Source: a virus
IMG/VR virus record: IMGVR_UViG_3300020190_000042
Coordinates: 11,227 to 75,226 of that record
DNA: 64,000 nt
Direction: 5' to 3' (one strand)
Shown here: in pieces, positions 18,866 to 28,147 of the stretch
Numbering within the stretch: the stretch's first letter is position 1
How the letters are laid out: each line of letters opens with the position of its first letter
Position numbers and translations under genes: made by a program
Notes under the pieces: generated by a model
Told to the model about the DNA's origin: nothing
Seen by the model: the letters and a program-made list of their open reading frames with translations, nothing else
Databases searched by the model: none

Positions 18866-19306
18866 TCAAGACCCGGCAATCGGTCCGCCATAAAGCCACG
18901 CGTCACAAGTGCGTGCCGCTGCGCACTTAAATTTAAATAACTGGCAATAACCTAAATCAGCTCGCTCCTGAACATCCCAGGGCTCAGCAAGTTGATTTTC
19001 GTTTATCCCTTCAATAATACAATTCAAAATTTTATCGGACTGATCAAAAGCAGCACAGTTACCGCAACGAGCTGTTTGGGCGGTCTCGATGTCCGTGTTC
19101 CACATATCGGCTTTTTTCTCCCAAAATCCCGGATCTGGATTTGCCGGATTTAAAGGACCGTATTTAAATTTATCTATTGTCCAATTTCTATTTTTTGTGT
19201 TTTCTTCCACGTCCAAGGTGGCGCTCGGGCACCTGGCGCTGACCTCAGAAACGCGTTTATTTAAGAAAATTTCAGCTCTTTCTTTCATGACAGAATCCTT
19301 GTTCAC
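18866..19306 (-). CDS. Conserved Cys-rich phage protein
   Basis: YGPLNP, CGNCAAF, GYCQLFKFKC...TCDAW. Confidence 0.75.
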   Translation of the reverse strand: MNKDSVMKERAEIFLNKRVSEVSARCPSATLDVEENTKNRNWTIDKFKYGPLNPANPDPGFWEKKADMWNTDIETAQTARCGNCAAFDQSDKILNCIIEGINENQLAEPWDVQERADLGYCQLFKFKCAAARTCDAWLYGGPIAGS

Positions 19307-19309
19307 TAC

Positions 19310-21787
19310 TCACCTAGCGCGGGCGTAGGCGAAGGGCGATTCGGCAAAACTCGCATACACATACGTTGTTCCGTTGCCATTTACTTCAGTGCCAGATGCG
19401 CGAAACTTGAAGCCATTAGAAAGAATGTCAACGTAGCGAAGTGAGCTAGAAAACTCTGCCTCAGATGTATCTGCCCGAAGAAAGGCGTCAACCACGTTGT
19501 ACGTCGAACGCGCTGTGTCGATGATGATCCAGCTTTCGTTTGTAATAGAAGTTGCTTTAAGAAGTATCCACCTAGGACGGTGCCCGGTATAAACAAACGG
19601 CCCATCCGAGCTGCCGTTGCCGGTGTAGCTGCCAAAAGAAGAGTACCCGGCTACTGGGGCGAAGCAGTAGGCGATTAAGCCTTCACCTGATCCGCTATTG
19701 CCACCAACATCGGTATTGATGCCAATAGTAAAAATACTACTGGTAGGTTCTGTGTTGTTCCAAATGCCAAAGTTGGATGAAGCAGCGGCAGTTGAATTAA
19801 GGACTAATGGCAAAGAAGCACCAGAGGCAGAGTGATAGACGCGCCAGTTGGCTGATCCATCATTGCGATTCTTCAGGATAATTAGATTAGGTTTTACACC
19901 AAGTCCGTGGCCTACGGTTCTTGCCGATCCCGTATATGCCGCTGTATAACTAACCACCGAAAAACCCGCACTAGCATTAGCCCTCACCTGAGAAGTGATG
20001 CTGCCTTGTGTGTTGGATGCGGTAGAAGAACCGGCGTCCCACGCCCAAGCCACGTAGCTATTGCCGTTGATGTTTGTGCTGAAAGTGGTGCCGCCTGATC
20101 CGGTTGAGAAACCAGTCGAATCGAATGACGTTAGCGAGTTACTATCGGTAATCTCTCCGTTGGTTAAGTTGGAAAATAAACCTTTTGTGGTGCCACGAAT
20201 TACGTCGAATAAGCCGTGACCATTTGCTTGTGAACGGTCTTTGATCCAAACAAAGTCAGGCGAGAAGTTCAGCCCACTGATGGTCTGCGTTGAGCCATTG
20301 CCGGTGTAGAGCTTCACGTCCATGTAGTCCGAGCCTTTGGCAATCGTCGGCGTCGGCAGGTTGGCCGTGCAGAGGGATTTGAAGCCCGCTGGTGCTGCAT
20401 AACTAAACTGGCGTTGGCCGAAGTTATAGTCCCACGTCATTGAGTTTCCGTAACTAATCTGAGAAACCGGCGTATACGTGCCCGATGTCAAATTGAATAA
20501 GGCTGTCCCTCCGGGACTTAGCCCATCTATCCACGTTCCGTTCTTGTGTGCGTAAAATTTATTGTTGTCGAGATCAAATGCAATTCCGATAATGTCGCCT
20601 TGAACTGCTCTCGTTGTGTTCGTTGCAGTGGCAGACCCATTGTTAATCTTATAAATATTCGCAAAAGCGGTGTAGTTATAGATTATGTATGAAGTCGCGT
20701 ACTGTCCCGGTTCTTTAGTTAAATCTATCTTGGTGATGTCAGTAACGCCAACGGCTGCGTCGGATCCAGAATTAGTCCAAGAGGTTAAAGTACCCTCGAA
20801 ATACCATTTGCCGGATGACGCTGCAAATGTAGACGGTCGCTCTCTGCCGTTACCACTTCCGCCTGAGTGCGTCAGGTTTCCATTAGACAAAGTGCCGTTG
20901 GAACTGGAAAGCGGATTCAACGTCGCATAGTTCCCCACCGTGACGCCACCCGCGTCTCCTCCAGTGCTGGCGGTGCCATTAGAGGGGGAGTCTACGAGGC
21001 TGTCGTTGCCTGCGCCTGCCGTGACTGAAAGGTTGTTCGGCGTCCAGTTGTGCCCGTTGCCAGAAGTGTCCTTCCCTAATGTGCTGGCGGTGTTGTTGCT
21101 GTTGTCGGCAAAGTCGAGGTGGAAGCCGTTGGTGCCGTAGCTGCCGCTGTATGCCTTGGGGTTCCACGCGCCCGTGGTGGCGTCGGTTTCGGCGAAGTCT
21201 CCCGGAACCTTGGCAGACCCATCAATGAAAAATATATCCGCTAAATAAGCTGATAAATAAGCCTCTGTATAGGCACCAGTCCGCCCAATGTCGTGAGCGT
21301 TTGCGGCATTGATGAACGAGTTTTCGCTAGGACCGGGATACGTTGCCGTTGAGAATGAAGTTTGCTGCGTGCCGTTTACATAAACCTTTGCACGATTGCT
21401 GGAGGTGCCTTGGGTGGTGTCCCAAACAATGACGATGTGATACCAAGCAGAAACGTCTCGGAAGACGGCGGTTGTTATCAGGTTGGTTGTAACACTTCCA
21501 CCCGCCTGGTTAAGGATTCGGAGCTTGTCGTCCGACTCAAACATCAACTGCGTTCTATTGGAGCCATCGCTGTAACCGTCAAACAATGTTTGCTGACTTC
21601 CAAGAGCACTTCTTTTGACCCACGCGCTCCAGGTCCAAGTGGTTCTGCTGCCTGCCGATGAGTAGGTTCTGGCACAGAAACCACTGTCACTACTGTTGAA
21701 ACGCAGTGATCTTGAAATTTGATAGCCTGCGGCTCCACCGCCAGCTGCCGCAGACAACAGCAGTTGTTTACCGGAAGTTAGGCTCAT
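19310..21787 (-). CDS. Tail adhesin/fibre with LamG (ConA-like) and SPRY-like domains
   Basis: SLRFN, TWTWSAWVKR, WYHIVIVWDT, YGTNGFHLDF, SSGKWYFE, GDIIGIAFDLD, YTGNG repeats. Confidence 0.85.
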   Translation of the reverse strand: MSLTSGKQLLLSAAAGGGAAGYQISRSLRFNSSDSGFCARTYSSAGSRTTWTWSAWVKRSALGSQQTLFDGYSDGSNRTQLMFESDDKLRILNQAGGSVTTNLITTAVFRDVSAWYHIVIVWDTTQGTSSNRAKVYVNGTQQTSFSTATYPGPSENSFINAANAHDIGRTGAYTEAYLSAYLADIFFIDGSAKVPGDFAETDATTGAWNPKAYSGSYGTNGFHLDFADNSNNTASTLGKDTSGNGHNWTPNNLSVTAGAGNDSLVDSPSNGTASTGGDAGGVTVGNYATLNPLSSSNGTLSNGNLTHSGGSGNGRERPSTFAASSGKWYFEGTLTSWTNSGSDAAVGVTDITKIDLTKEPGQYATSYIIYNYTAFANIYKINNGSATATNTTRAVQGDIIGIAFDLDNNKFYAHKNGTWIDGLSPGGTALFNLTSGTYTPVSQISYGNSMTWDYNFGQRQFSYAAPAGFKSLCTANLPTPTIAKGSDYMDVKLYTGNGSTQTISGLNFSPDFVWIKDRSQANGHGLFDVIRGTTKGLFSNLTNGEITDSNSLTSFDSTGFSTGSGGTTFSTNINGNSYVAWAWDAGSSTASNTQGSITSQVRANASAGFSVVSYTAAYTGSARTVGHGLGVKPNLIILKNRNDGSANWRVYHSASGASLPLVLNSTAAASSNFGIWNNTEPTSSIFTIGINTDVGGNSGSGEGLIAYCFAPVAGYSSFGSYTGNGSSDGPFVYTGHRPRWILLKATSITNESWIIIDTARSTYNVVDAFLRADTSEAEFSSSLRYVDILSNGFKFRASGTEVNGNGTTYVYASFAESPFAYARAR

Positions 21788-22830
21788 GAGACAGTGCCAG
21801 AACCAAAGTTAAGGTTACTAACAACATTAATACGGTTGGAGTTAACAACGTAATAGCCAAACATATCGATACCGCTAGCCGTCGTTGTTAGTGTAGGTGC
21901 TGTATTACTAGCGAACGACCACGAACCGCTATAAGTAAGTAAGCGAGTTCCTGCGCTGTCCTGGCGAACAATTATGGCTCCACATTGACCGCCACTGGCA
22001 TTAGTCGGTCTAGCAAGGGTTGATGTACCCGCAGTCAAAACAATTTCAAAATTATCGCGAGCACCCAAATTTAAAATAATTACACCAGAACCTAAAATAG
22101 TACCGCTAGGAACGCCAAATGTTTGAGACTGAGTAAAGGCTGGTCCGCTAATGGGCCCACCAGTTTTGTCATATTTACCTGTTAAACCAGCAAGAGCTGC
22201 GTTACCAGAAGCTAAAGCTGTAGAACCAACTACAAGAGCAGCATTGCCGGAAGCTAAAGCTGTAGAACCAACTACAAGAGCAGCATTGCCGGAAGCTAAA
22301 GCTGTAGAGGCAACTAAGTTAGCTGAGTTTGCTGTCGACTGAGCACTTGCAGCGTTAGCAATACCTAAGTTGCCGCTTGCTAGTGCATTTGCAGCAGCCA
22401 GTAAAGCGGCATTACCAGAAGCTAAAGCTGCAGTACCAGAAGCTAAAGCTCTAGAACCAACTACAAGAGCAGCATTGCCGGAAGCAAGGGCGGTGGCTGC
22501 ATTAGTTAAAGCGGCGTTACCCGAAGCAAGAGCACCGGCTCCCACGACGAGCGCGGCATTTCCAGAAGCTAAGGCGGTCGCCGCCCCGGCAATACCTAAA
22601 TTGCCAGAAGCTAAGGCACTGGCCCCAACAACGAGAGCTGCGTTACCAGAAGCCTGAGCAACAGCGGCGTTTGCAATACCAAGATTGCCGCTTGCTAGTG
22701 CATTTGCTGCGGCAACGAGAGCAGCATTACCCGAAGCTTGTGCTGTAGTATCAATACCCGGAACTAAATCACCGGGCGGTAATTCGGACGAAGCTCCGCT
22801 GATTAAAACAATTGGTTTACGCGTAACCAT
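21784..22830 (-). CDS. Tail fibre with a 14-residue ALASGNAAL coiled-coil stalk and beta-sandwich tip
   Basis: 13 ASG[NT] units mostly at 14-aa spacing; KYDKTGG; tip domain QDSAGTRLLTYSGSWSF...APTLTT. Confidence 0.8.
   Translation of the reverse strand: MVTRKPIVLISGASSELPPGDLVPGIDTTAQASGNAALVAAANALASGNLGIANAAVAQASGNAALVVGASALASGNLGIAGAATALASGNAALVVGAGALASGNAALTNAATALASGNAALVVGSRALASGTAALASGNAALLAAANALASGNLGIANAASAQSTANSANLVASTALASGNAALVVGSTALASGNAALVVGSTALASGNAALAGLTGKYDKTGGPISGPAFTQSQTFGVPSGTILGSGVIILNLGARDNFEIVLTAGTSTLARPTNASGGQCGAIIVRQDSAGTRLLTYSGSWSFASNTAPTLTTTASGIDMFGYYVVNSNRINVVSNLNFGSGTVS
22208..22308. repeat. Perfect 42-bp tandem repeat (2.4 copies) inside the fibre gene; a further copy at 22439-22480 has one mismatch
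   Basis: GAAGCTAAAGCTGTAGAACCAACTACAAGAGCAGCATTGCCG at 22208 and 22250. Confidence 0.95.
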
Positions 22831-22860
22831 CGGAAACTCCCCCGTTATTTAAGTATAGCT

Positions 22861-23364
22861 TTAGTCAAACAGAACTACCGGCGGTTCAATTTCGATTTGA
22901 AGTTCTGTCGGACTTAAAGCCTGTCCGATATAAACCAAAGCAGCATATCCACTAGCTGCCGTAACTAAACCAGAGCTAGTTGCATATTTAGTTAACTTGC
23001 CATCATATTTTGATAAGTAATAATACTGACCGGGAGTAAGTTGAGTTTCCCCAACTAAGTTGGCAGAAGTTAAAACGGCAACACCATCAACATTAATATC
23101 AACCGTGCTTGAAGAGGAAGCACTGGATGCAGTTATCCCCACGGCGTTATAACTCGTAGCATTTACTCCACTCGCAGCGGTCGCCGGCAAAGCGTAAGTG
23201 CCGCTTACGTAAACAGCATCGCCTTGTATAAACGTGGCGCCAGCAATTAAGTTTTGTACGGTTGCCGGTGTAGTTGCGACACCGGCTCCATTAACGAGCC
23301 AAACCTCAGTAGTACCCGGCGTAAACGATTCGTATTTACGGTTAAATATCGCGCGGGTAGACAT
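22861..23364 (-). CDS. Putative virion structural protein (paralogue of 24861-25244)
   Basis: AGATFIQGDAVYVS...LTPGQYYYLS...IGQALSPTELQIEIEPPV. Confidence 0.75.
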   Translation of the reverse strand: MSTRAIFNRKYESFTPGTTEVWLVNGAGVATTPATVQNLIAGATFIQGDAVYVSGTYALPATAASGVNATSYNAVGITASSASSSSTVDINVDGVAVLTSANLVGETQLTPGQYYYLSKYDGKLTKYATSSGLVTAASGYAALVYIGQALSPTELQIEIEPPVVLFD

Positions 23365-23393
23365 AAGACTAATTACTCTCTAATTAATTCTAC

Positions 23394-23891
23394 TTAGATC
23401 GATTCCACAACTCCAGAAGGATCTGGAGGAGTCGGGGGGTTTAATTGAGGCCACATAGGATAGCCAGACCCAGTTATATAAGTTGCCAACTCATCCGTAG
23501 TCTGGGTTGCGCGAATCTGCACAACTTTACCTTCACAAGAAACGCGTAATTCTTGTCGCCAATTTTTAATGCCGCTGGGCATTGGGGTGCCATTATCCGC
23601 CTCACGAACAACGGTCCAATCTGTCGGCAACAATAAACTATTTGCCGTTTGACGAGTCTGATCGGTCCACCCGGACACCAAGGTTCCGTGATCTTTAGGA
23701 ATTAAAGTACCGCTAGCGGTGTAGCCCCAATAAAAACGTTGATCGTAACTCGGAGGATCAGGAACTTCAGTAATTCCTTGTGCGGCGCGCTCATCCGGCG
23801 TAGCTAACCGCAGCCAATTTGCCGGAAATAAAGTTCCGTTAGCCTCAAACGGGGTATCTAAAGGTAGGGGTTGTCCGTTGAGTACAAACAC
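23394..23891 (-). CDS. Tail fibre assembly/chaperone-like protein
   Basis: PANWLRL, YDQRFYWG, LLLPTDWTVVR...WRQELR pattern. Confidence 0.7.
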   Translation of the reverse strand: MFVLNGQPLPLDTPFEANGTLFPANWLRLATPDERAAQGITEVPDPPSYDQRFYWGYTASGTLIPKDHGTLVSGWTDQTRQTANSLLLPTDWTVVREADNGTPMPSGIKNWRQELRVSCEGKVVQIRATQTTDELATYITGSGYPMWPQLNPPTPPDPSGVVESI

Positions 23892-24019
23892 AACCAGAAG
23901 CCTATTTTCCTAGTTTAAGTATAAAACACTTTTGGAGTCTGTAGCTAAGTGCATTATATAAAACCAGGCTTTACAAAAGGATTATACGCTGTAAAATAAC
24001 AAAGATCACTACAGCAGAG

Positions 24020-24871
24020 ATGGCGACACCAACACTACAAGAGGCTTGGGCGGAGTTTCACGCTGAGCGAAGCGTTACCTTGTGCCCGACAAGTTTAGTT
24101 ACGGATTACAAGCAAACAACAAAATGGCTCATAAAGGCGCCAATAACAGATTTAACTCAGGGAAGACAGTTAATGGCTTGGGTTTTAAATCAAAAACCGA
24201 TTAAATCGGCGAGGCGTGTAGCTATGTATGTAAAAGCTTTATATACATGGACATCAAGCGAGGAGATTGGTTATTTAGATAAAAATCCGATAGCGAAATA
24301 TCGAATGCCAAAACCGCCCCAAAGCGATGATGAAGTAATTGTGATCCCACGAGCAGAAACGGCTCTTTTACTCATAGCCTTTAAGGCAAAACAACGTAAA
24401 TCCGATTGGGCATCGTACTCCGAGTTTATGTTGCAGACAGCAATGAGAACGGGAGAGGTACGAGCAATGAAATGGGAAGATATAAAGGATAATAAAGTTT
24501 TGGTGCACCGTAACTACACGCTGACGCACGGACTTAAAAATTCAACAAAAACTAACAAAAAACGTGTGGTGCCTTTAAATACGGTTGCACAGGAAATAAT
24601 AAATAAGATGCCTCAAGATAACGAATACATATTCCCATACGACCGAAATTCTTATATGAGTTTTTTCTACGATCGCGCAAAAGAACTACACGCAGCAGAT
24701 TTAATATCTAACAGATACAGACCTTATGATCTCAGACATACAGCAATAAGCCGTTGGCTAGAAGAAAAAATTCCTGTGGCTCAGGCGGCAAAATGGGCCG
24801 GAAACAGCTCAGAAGTAATATGGAAGCATTATGTAAACGTAACGCAAGAGTATGAAATGCCTACTTTATAA
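24020..24871 (+). CDS. Tyrosine recombinase/integrase
   Basis: TAMRTGE (R), KT (K), YDLRHT (R), AGNS, KHY (catalytic Y); N-terminal core-binding domain ending NP. Confidence 0.9.
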   Translation: MATPTLQEAWAEFHAERSVTLCPTSLVTDYKQTTKWLIKAPITDLTQGRQLMAWVLNQKPIKSARRVAMYVKALYTWTSSEEIGYLDKNPIAKYRMPKPPQSDDEVIVIPRAETALLLIAFKAKQRKSDWASYSEFMLQTAMRTGEVRAMKWEDIKDNKVLVHRNYTLTHGLKNSTKTNKKRVVPLNTVAQEIINKMPQDNEYIFPYDRNSYMSFFYDRAKELHAADLISNRYRPYDLRHTAISRWLEEKIPVAQAAKWAGNSSEVIWKHYVNVTQEYEMPTL

Positions 24872-25244
24872 CGTATACAGGTTTTTGCACTTCAACGTCA
24901 ATGCTTATGGTGGAAAGTGCCCGGCCAAGATTAGTTAAAAAGGCGCCTGATAATGTAGTGGCGTTTAGCTCAGTTTGCCACGTAGCGTAAGAAACAATGT
25001 TGCCGGAAGTTGCGACAGATAGATACTGAGGATTTCCCGGCGTTAATAAAGATAAAGATGAGTAAATACAGTCAGAAGCTACTCGAACAAGATTGGATTG
25101 AGTCGTAGTATCTAAAGAAACTCCGATTACAGATGCTTGAGTTTGATTGGTTGCAATAGCTTTATACAGAAAACCCGAAGGATTTACATAAACAGCATTT
25201 CCCGCTGAGATGGCTTCACCAGCAATAAACGAAGTAATAGTCAT
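24861..25244 (-). CDS. Putative virion structural protein (paralogue of 22861-23364)
   Basis: AGEAISAGNAVYV...LTPGNPQYLS...LGRALST.SIDVEVQKPV. Confidence 0.75.
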   Translation of the reverse strand: MTITSFIAGEAISAGNAVYVNPSGFLYKAIATNQTQASVIGVSLDTTTQSNLVRVASDCIYSSLSLLTPGNPQYLSVATSGNIVSYATWQTELNATTLSGAFLTNLGRALSTISIDVEVQKPVYVIK

Positions 25245-25269
25245 CTCAGACTCCTCTAATAGTTACAGT

Positions 25270-25395
25270 TTAACGACCCTGACCTCTGTAGGCTTTCTTG
25301 CCGCGACGCTCCGGACGAGAGTTGACACCGTGTCCAATTGAAGTGGTCTTAGGCTTGGACTCAATTTTGTTTTGAATGCTTTTGGGTTTTGCCAT
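25270..25395 (-). CDS. Small basic phage protein (41 aa, below cutoff)
   Basis: MAKPKSIQNKIESKPKTTSIGHGVNSRPERRGKKAYRGQGR; C-terminal YRGQG typical of a widespread phage peptide family. Confidence 0.7.
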   Translation of the reverse strand: MAKPKSIQNKIESKPKTTSIGHGVNSRPERRGKKAYRGQGR

Positions 25396-25420
25396 GTTGA
25401 GTCAACGAGACGAGAAAAGC

Positions 25421-26308
25421 TTAGACCTGTTTCCAGGTGGTGCCGTCCCAAACGAATAGGTGTTGATTAACTGTGTCATACCAACCGGCACCCTGAGTGG
25501 AAGGAGCAGGCGCCGTAGAGCTGTAAGCAAACGAACGCGACGGACCCGCCTCGTACCAACCGCTAGACATCGCGTCGTAGACAAACAGATTGCCTACAAG
25601 CGTATTGAACCACAGGGAGCCATCGCGGGCCGGGGCTTCAGTTCCGGTTCCTGAGGGAGGAACGTCACCTTTTAAAACTACGGCATCCGCATTAGTTTGA
25701 TACCAGGCAGGGTTTGATACGCCATTACCGCTTGCGTACACAAACATGCGCCCTTCATTGGTGTCAAACCACAAAGCGCCCGCGTTGTAGTTTGTACCCG
25801 GAGAGCCAGAGACAGTAACTGTAGAGCCTCCGCCAGCTCCACTAATGATTACATTATTACCACTGTAACTAACTGTGTTAGAACCTTGGCCAAATACATG
25901 ACCAGAAACAGAATTCTGAAAAACGTTCCCGTAATTGACGTTAAACTCAGTTCCGTTAACTAAATAAAGACCGGATCCAGCCGTAAAAATCGCGCCCGAT
26001 GCAGAAGTAATACTTGCGTTTATAACAGTCGTCGTTCCGCTAGCAGTAAAGAAAATACCAGATCCAGCTTGTATACCTATAGCGCTTGAAGTTTGGATAC
26101 CGCTTATAGTCGTATTTAAATCCTCTAACGCTCGCACAACCCCATCAAAGTTAGGGGTATAACCAGTAGCGCACCTAGAGTAACTTGTAGTTCCCACTCC
26201 AGATACCGTATCTAAAAGGAGTTCGATGACATCGACAATGCCACGGAAGTTTGGTTCGTGTAGAGCACGATATGTACTCCCGTGTGTCGGGCAGGGAGCT
26301 AGTGTCAT
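25421..26308 (-). CDS. Tail fibre-like structural protein
   Basis: Repeated G.LWF(D/N)T..G.(M/L)FVY....W modules; internal PNF.G.V repeat. Confidence 0.75.
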   Translation of the reverse strand: MTLAPCPTHGSTYRALHEPNFRGIVDVIELLLDTVSGVGTTSYSRCATGYTPNFDGVVRALEDLNTTISGIQTSSAIGIQAGSGIFFTASGTTTVINASITSASGAIFTAGSGLYLVNGTEFNVNYGNVFQNSVSGHVFGQGSNTVSYSGNNVIISGAGGGSTVTVSGSPGTNYNAGALWFDTNEGRMFVYASGNGVSNPAWYQTNADAVVLKGDVPPSGTGTEAPARDGSLWFNTLVGNLFVYDAMSSGWYEAGPSRSFAYSSTAPAPSTQGAGWYDTVNQHLFVWDGTTWKQV

Positions 26309-26359
26309 CTATAAAGTCTAAAGCTAGCCTCCTCTTTCGATTCTACAGCATTGTTGAAA

Positions 26360-26698
26360 TTAAGCGGAACGTTTTTGCTTGTTGTACTGAGCGGAAAGGC
26401 GTTTAATAGAACTTACGGAAACACCCAAAATCTGTGAAACTTTTGAGCAACTGTTGCCAGCGTTTAAAAGGTTTAGAGCTTCGGTTGTCTGCCAGGTTCT
26501 CGACCGCCGGCGATCTGCAGCAGCCTTAATAACTTTAAATTCTTCAGCGGTCGAACCTTGCCGGAGGATTTGCCTGACTCGTTCGTGCGAAACACCAACC
26601 TTTAAACCAATCTCACGCAGGCTCAGACCATCAAGATATAAATCGTAAATTTGGCAATAACGAGTACGCCGCTGGTCTGCGGTTAAGGTTTCAGTCAT
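26360..26698 (-). CDS. Tandem-HTH regulator (sigma70 region 4-like)
   Basis: GLSLREIGLKVGVSHERVRQI and GNSCSKVSQILGVSVSSIKR. Confidence 0.8.
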   Translation of the reverse strand: MTETLTADQRRTRYCQIYDLYLDGLSLREIGLKVGVSHERVRQILRQGSTAEEFKVIKAAADRRRSRTWQTTEALNLLNAGNSCSKVSQILGVSVSSIKRLSAQYNKQKRSA

Positions 26699-26731
26699 TT
26701 AAAAGTTTTTGGGTCGTTTCGGGTCTTACTG

Positions 26732-26760
26732 ACCGTACCGACCTTCTGATCGGGTGTCAA
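26732..26760 (-). promoter_or_regulatory. Sigma70-type promoter for the tandem-HTH gene
   Basis: TTGACA-N17-TACGGT on the minus strand, ~35 nt upstream of the start. Confidence 0.65.
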
Positions 26761-27269
26761 CCCGTTCATGAAAAAAACCGTCTTCTGCTAACTGCCATGC
26801 AGGGACTCCAAGCTCCTCAGCACGCTGACGGCACTCCTGCCAGAATTGCACTTCAGGATTTTCTAAAAACACTGAAGTTTTAGTGGGTACTGAAGCCATT
26901 GGGCTTTAGCAGCGTTTAATGTCTATAAGGTAGCACACAAAATAAAGAAATTGTTGTATTCCGTGTTTCCACAGTGCTTCTGCGCAACAATCGAGATCAA
27001 AAACTGAAGCTTTAAAACCGTTTATTTAACGCGAGTTTCAAGTAAGTGGAGTTAGATAAAAAGTTTAAAATTAATTCTTATATAACTGTGCGCACACCGT
27101 AAAGCTGCGATTGTGCTGGATTTTTAAATAAGCAAACCTAAAAACCCCTTATAAAATTCAAAGATACGGTAAAACCCGTTAAGAAATCCCTCCTAGAGAA
27201 AAAATAATTTCTAAAACACCGACAGCCATGCTATCCTCAGATGAGCACCAGATCACTAGGTACTAATAC

Positions 27270-27929
27270 GTGCGCTCCTTAGACCTCGTTGCGGTCTTTG
27301 GTCTGCTGGAACCGGCTCCAGTCGAATCCTTAGACCCAGTAGTACAGAAAACCTATACTCTCGACTCCTTTGCCGTCTCCCTCCACGGTGCGGTCGCTTC
27401 GTTTGAATGCGCTTGCAAGCGCTCCGAGCCCTATCTCCTCGCTGTTTCGGACCTAGACCGGATCCTCCCACCATCAGGTCATTACGCCTGCGCGCTTTGC
27501 CTGAATGAATTAAGAAACGCCCGTACCACTGCTGAGAGGGTCGCGGTATGGTTTCTTCAGAACCGCCCTTCGATAACCAGAGATCAACATCTTTATCTTC
27601 CTGAAACGTTTAAGCGTCTTATCGACGCCGAGGAAGGAGTGATCATGCGGCCTCGACGGTTCGTCTACGCCAAGTTTCATAACGTGGCGTTAACACAACG
27701 CGATAAAGTGCTCAGCACGTGCGGCGATCCGCACTGTGTGAACCCTTATCACATGATGCTGGCTGCAAGCACAGCAACCAAAATGACACCCGACATGAAA
27801 AAGGACGTAAAAACATGGCACTCCAATCAAGTCAGCCCACGGGTTATCCAACAACTGCTCGAAATCAAATACAGCCGTTCTTTCTCTCTGCGGACGATTA
27901 CAAATCTAAAAAAATCGTTGCCTGCATAA
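27270..27929 (+). CDS. Zn-finger plus degenerate HNH Zn-loop protein
   Basis: ECAC...CALC; RRFVYAKFH...LSTCGDPHCVNPYH; helical/HTH-like C-terminus. Confidence 0.7.
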   Translation: MRSLDLVAVFGLLEPAPVESLDPVVQKTYTLDSFAVSLHGAVASFECACKRSEPYLLAVSDLDRILPPSGHYACALCLNELRNARTTAERVAVWFLQNRPSITRDQHLYLPETFKRLIDAEEGVIMRPRRFVYAKFHNVALTQRDKVLSTCGDPHCVNPYHMMLAASTATKMTPDMKKDVKTWHSNQVSPRVIQQLLEIKYSRSFSLRTITNLKKSLPA

Positions 27930-28147
27930 AAACGCACACAGAATTACTGCACCTGCTAAACTTTCGTCAACCGTTGTCGACAAAAGAGCTTTTAAGTGAA
28001 ATTGGGTACTCGAAGCAAAAGCTTCTAAGAGACCTAAAACAACTTCAAAAGAATGATTTGGTGAAGCGCATCTCATTTGAGTCACACATTCTCTACGTCA
28101 TCAATGGCAATTTCAACACCCTTATTAAGCAGACTTTAGGTTTATGA
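27914..28147 (+). CDS. Winged-helix DNA-binding domain; start uncertain, possibly reached by -1 frameshift
   Basis: PLSTKELLSEIGYSKQKLLRDLKQLQKNDLVKR...LYVI. Confidence 0.65.
   Translation: MVACIKTHTELLHLLNFRQPLSTKELLSEIGYSKQKLLRDLKQLQKNDLVKRISFESHILYVINGNFNTLIKQTLGL

Noticed and set aside
22208-22480. 42-bp repeats as a CRISPR array or DGR template/variable repeat
   Set aside because: Contiguous in-frame coding repeats without spacers; no reverse transcriptase in the window and no adenine-specific mismatch pattern
22151-22657. Plus-strand PEAKA-repeat ORFs (also 34297-34548)
   Set aside because: Reverse-complement reading of the ALASG repeats of the fibre genes
23892-24019. attP site beside the recombinase
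   Set aside because: No match to the tRNA 3' ends in the window and only a short TTTACA/TGTAAA inverted pair that also fits a promoter; cannot be supported without a host genome
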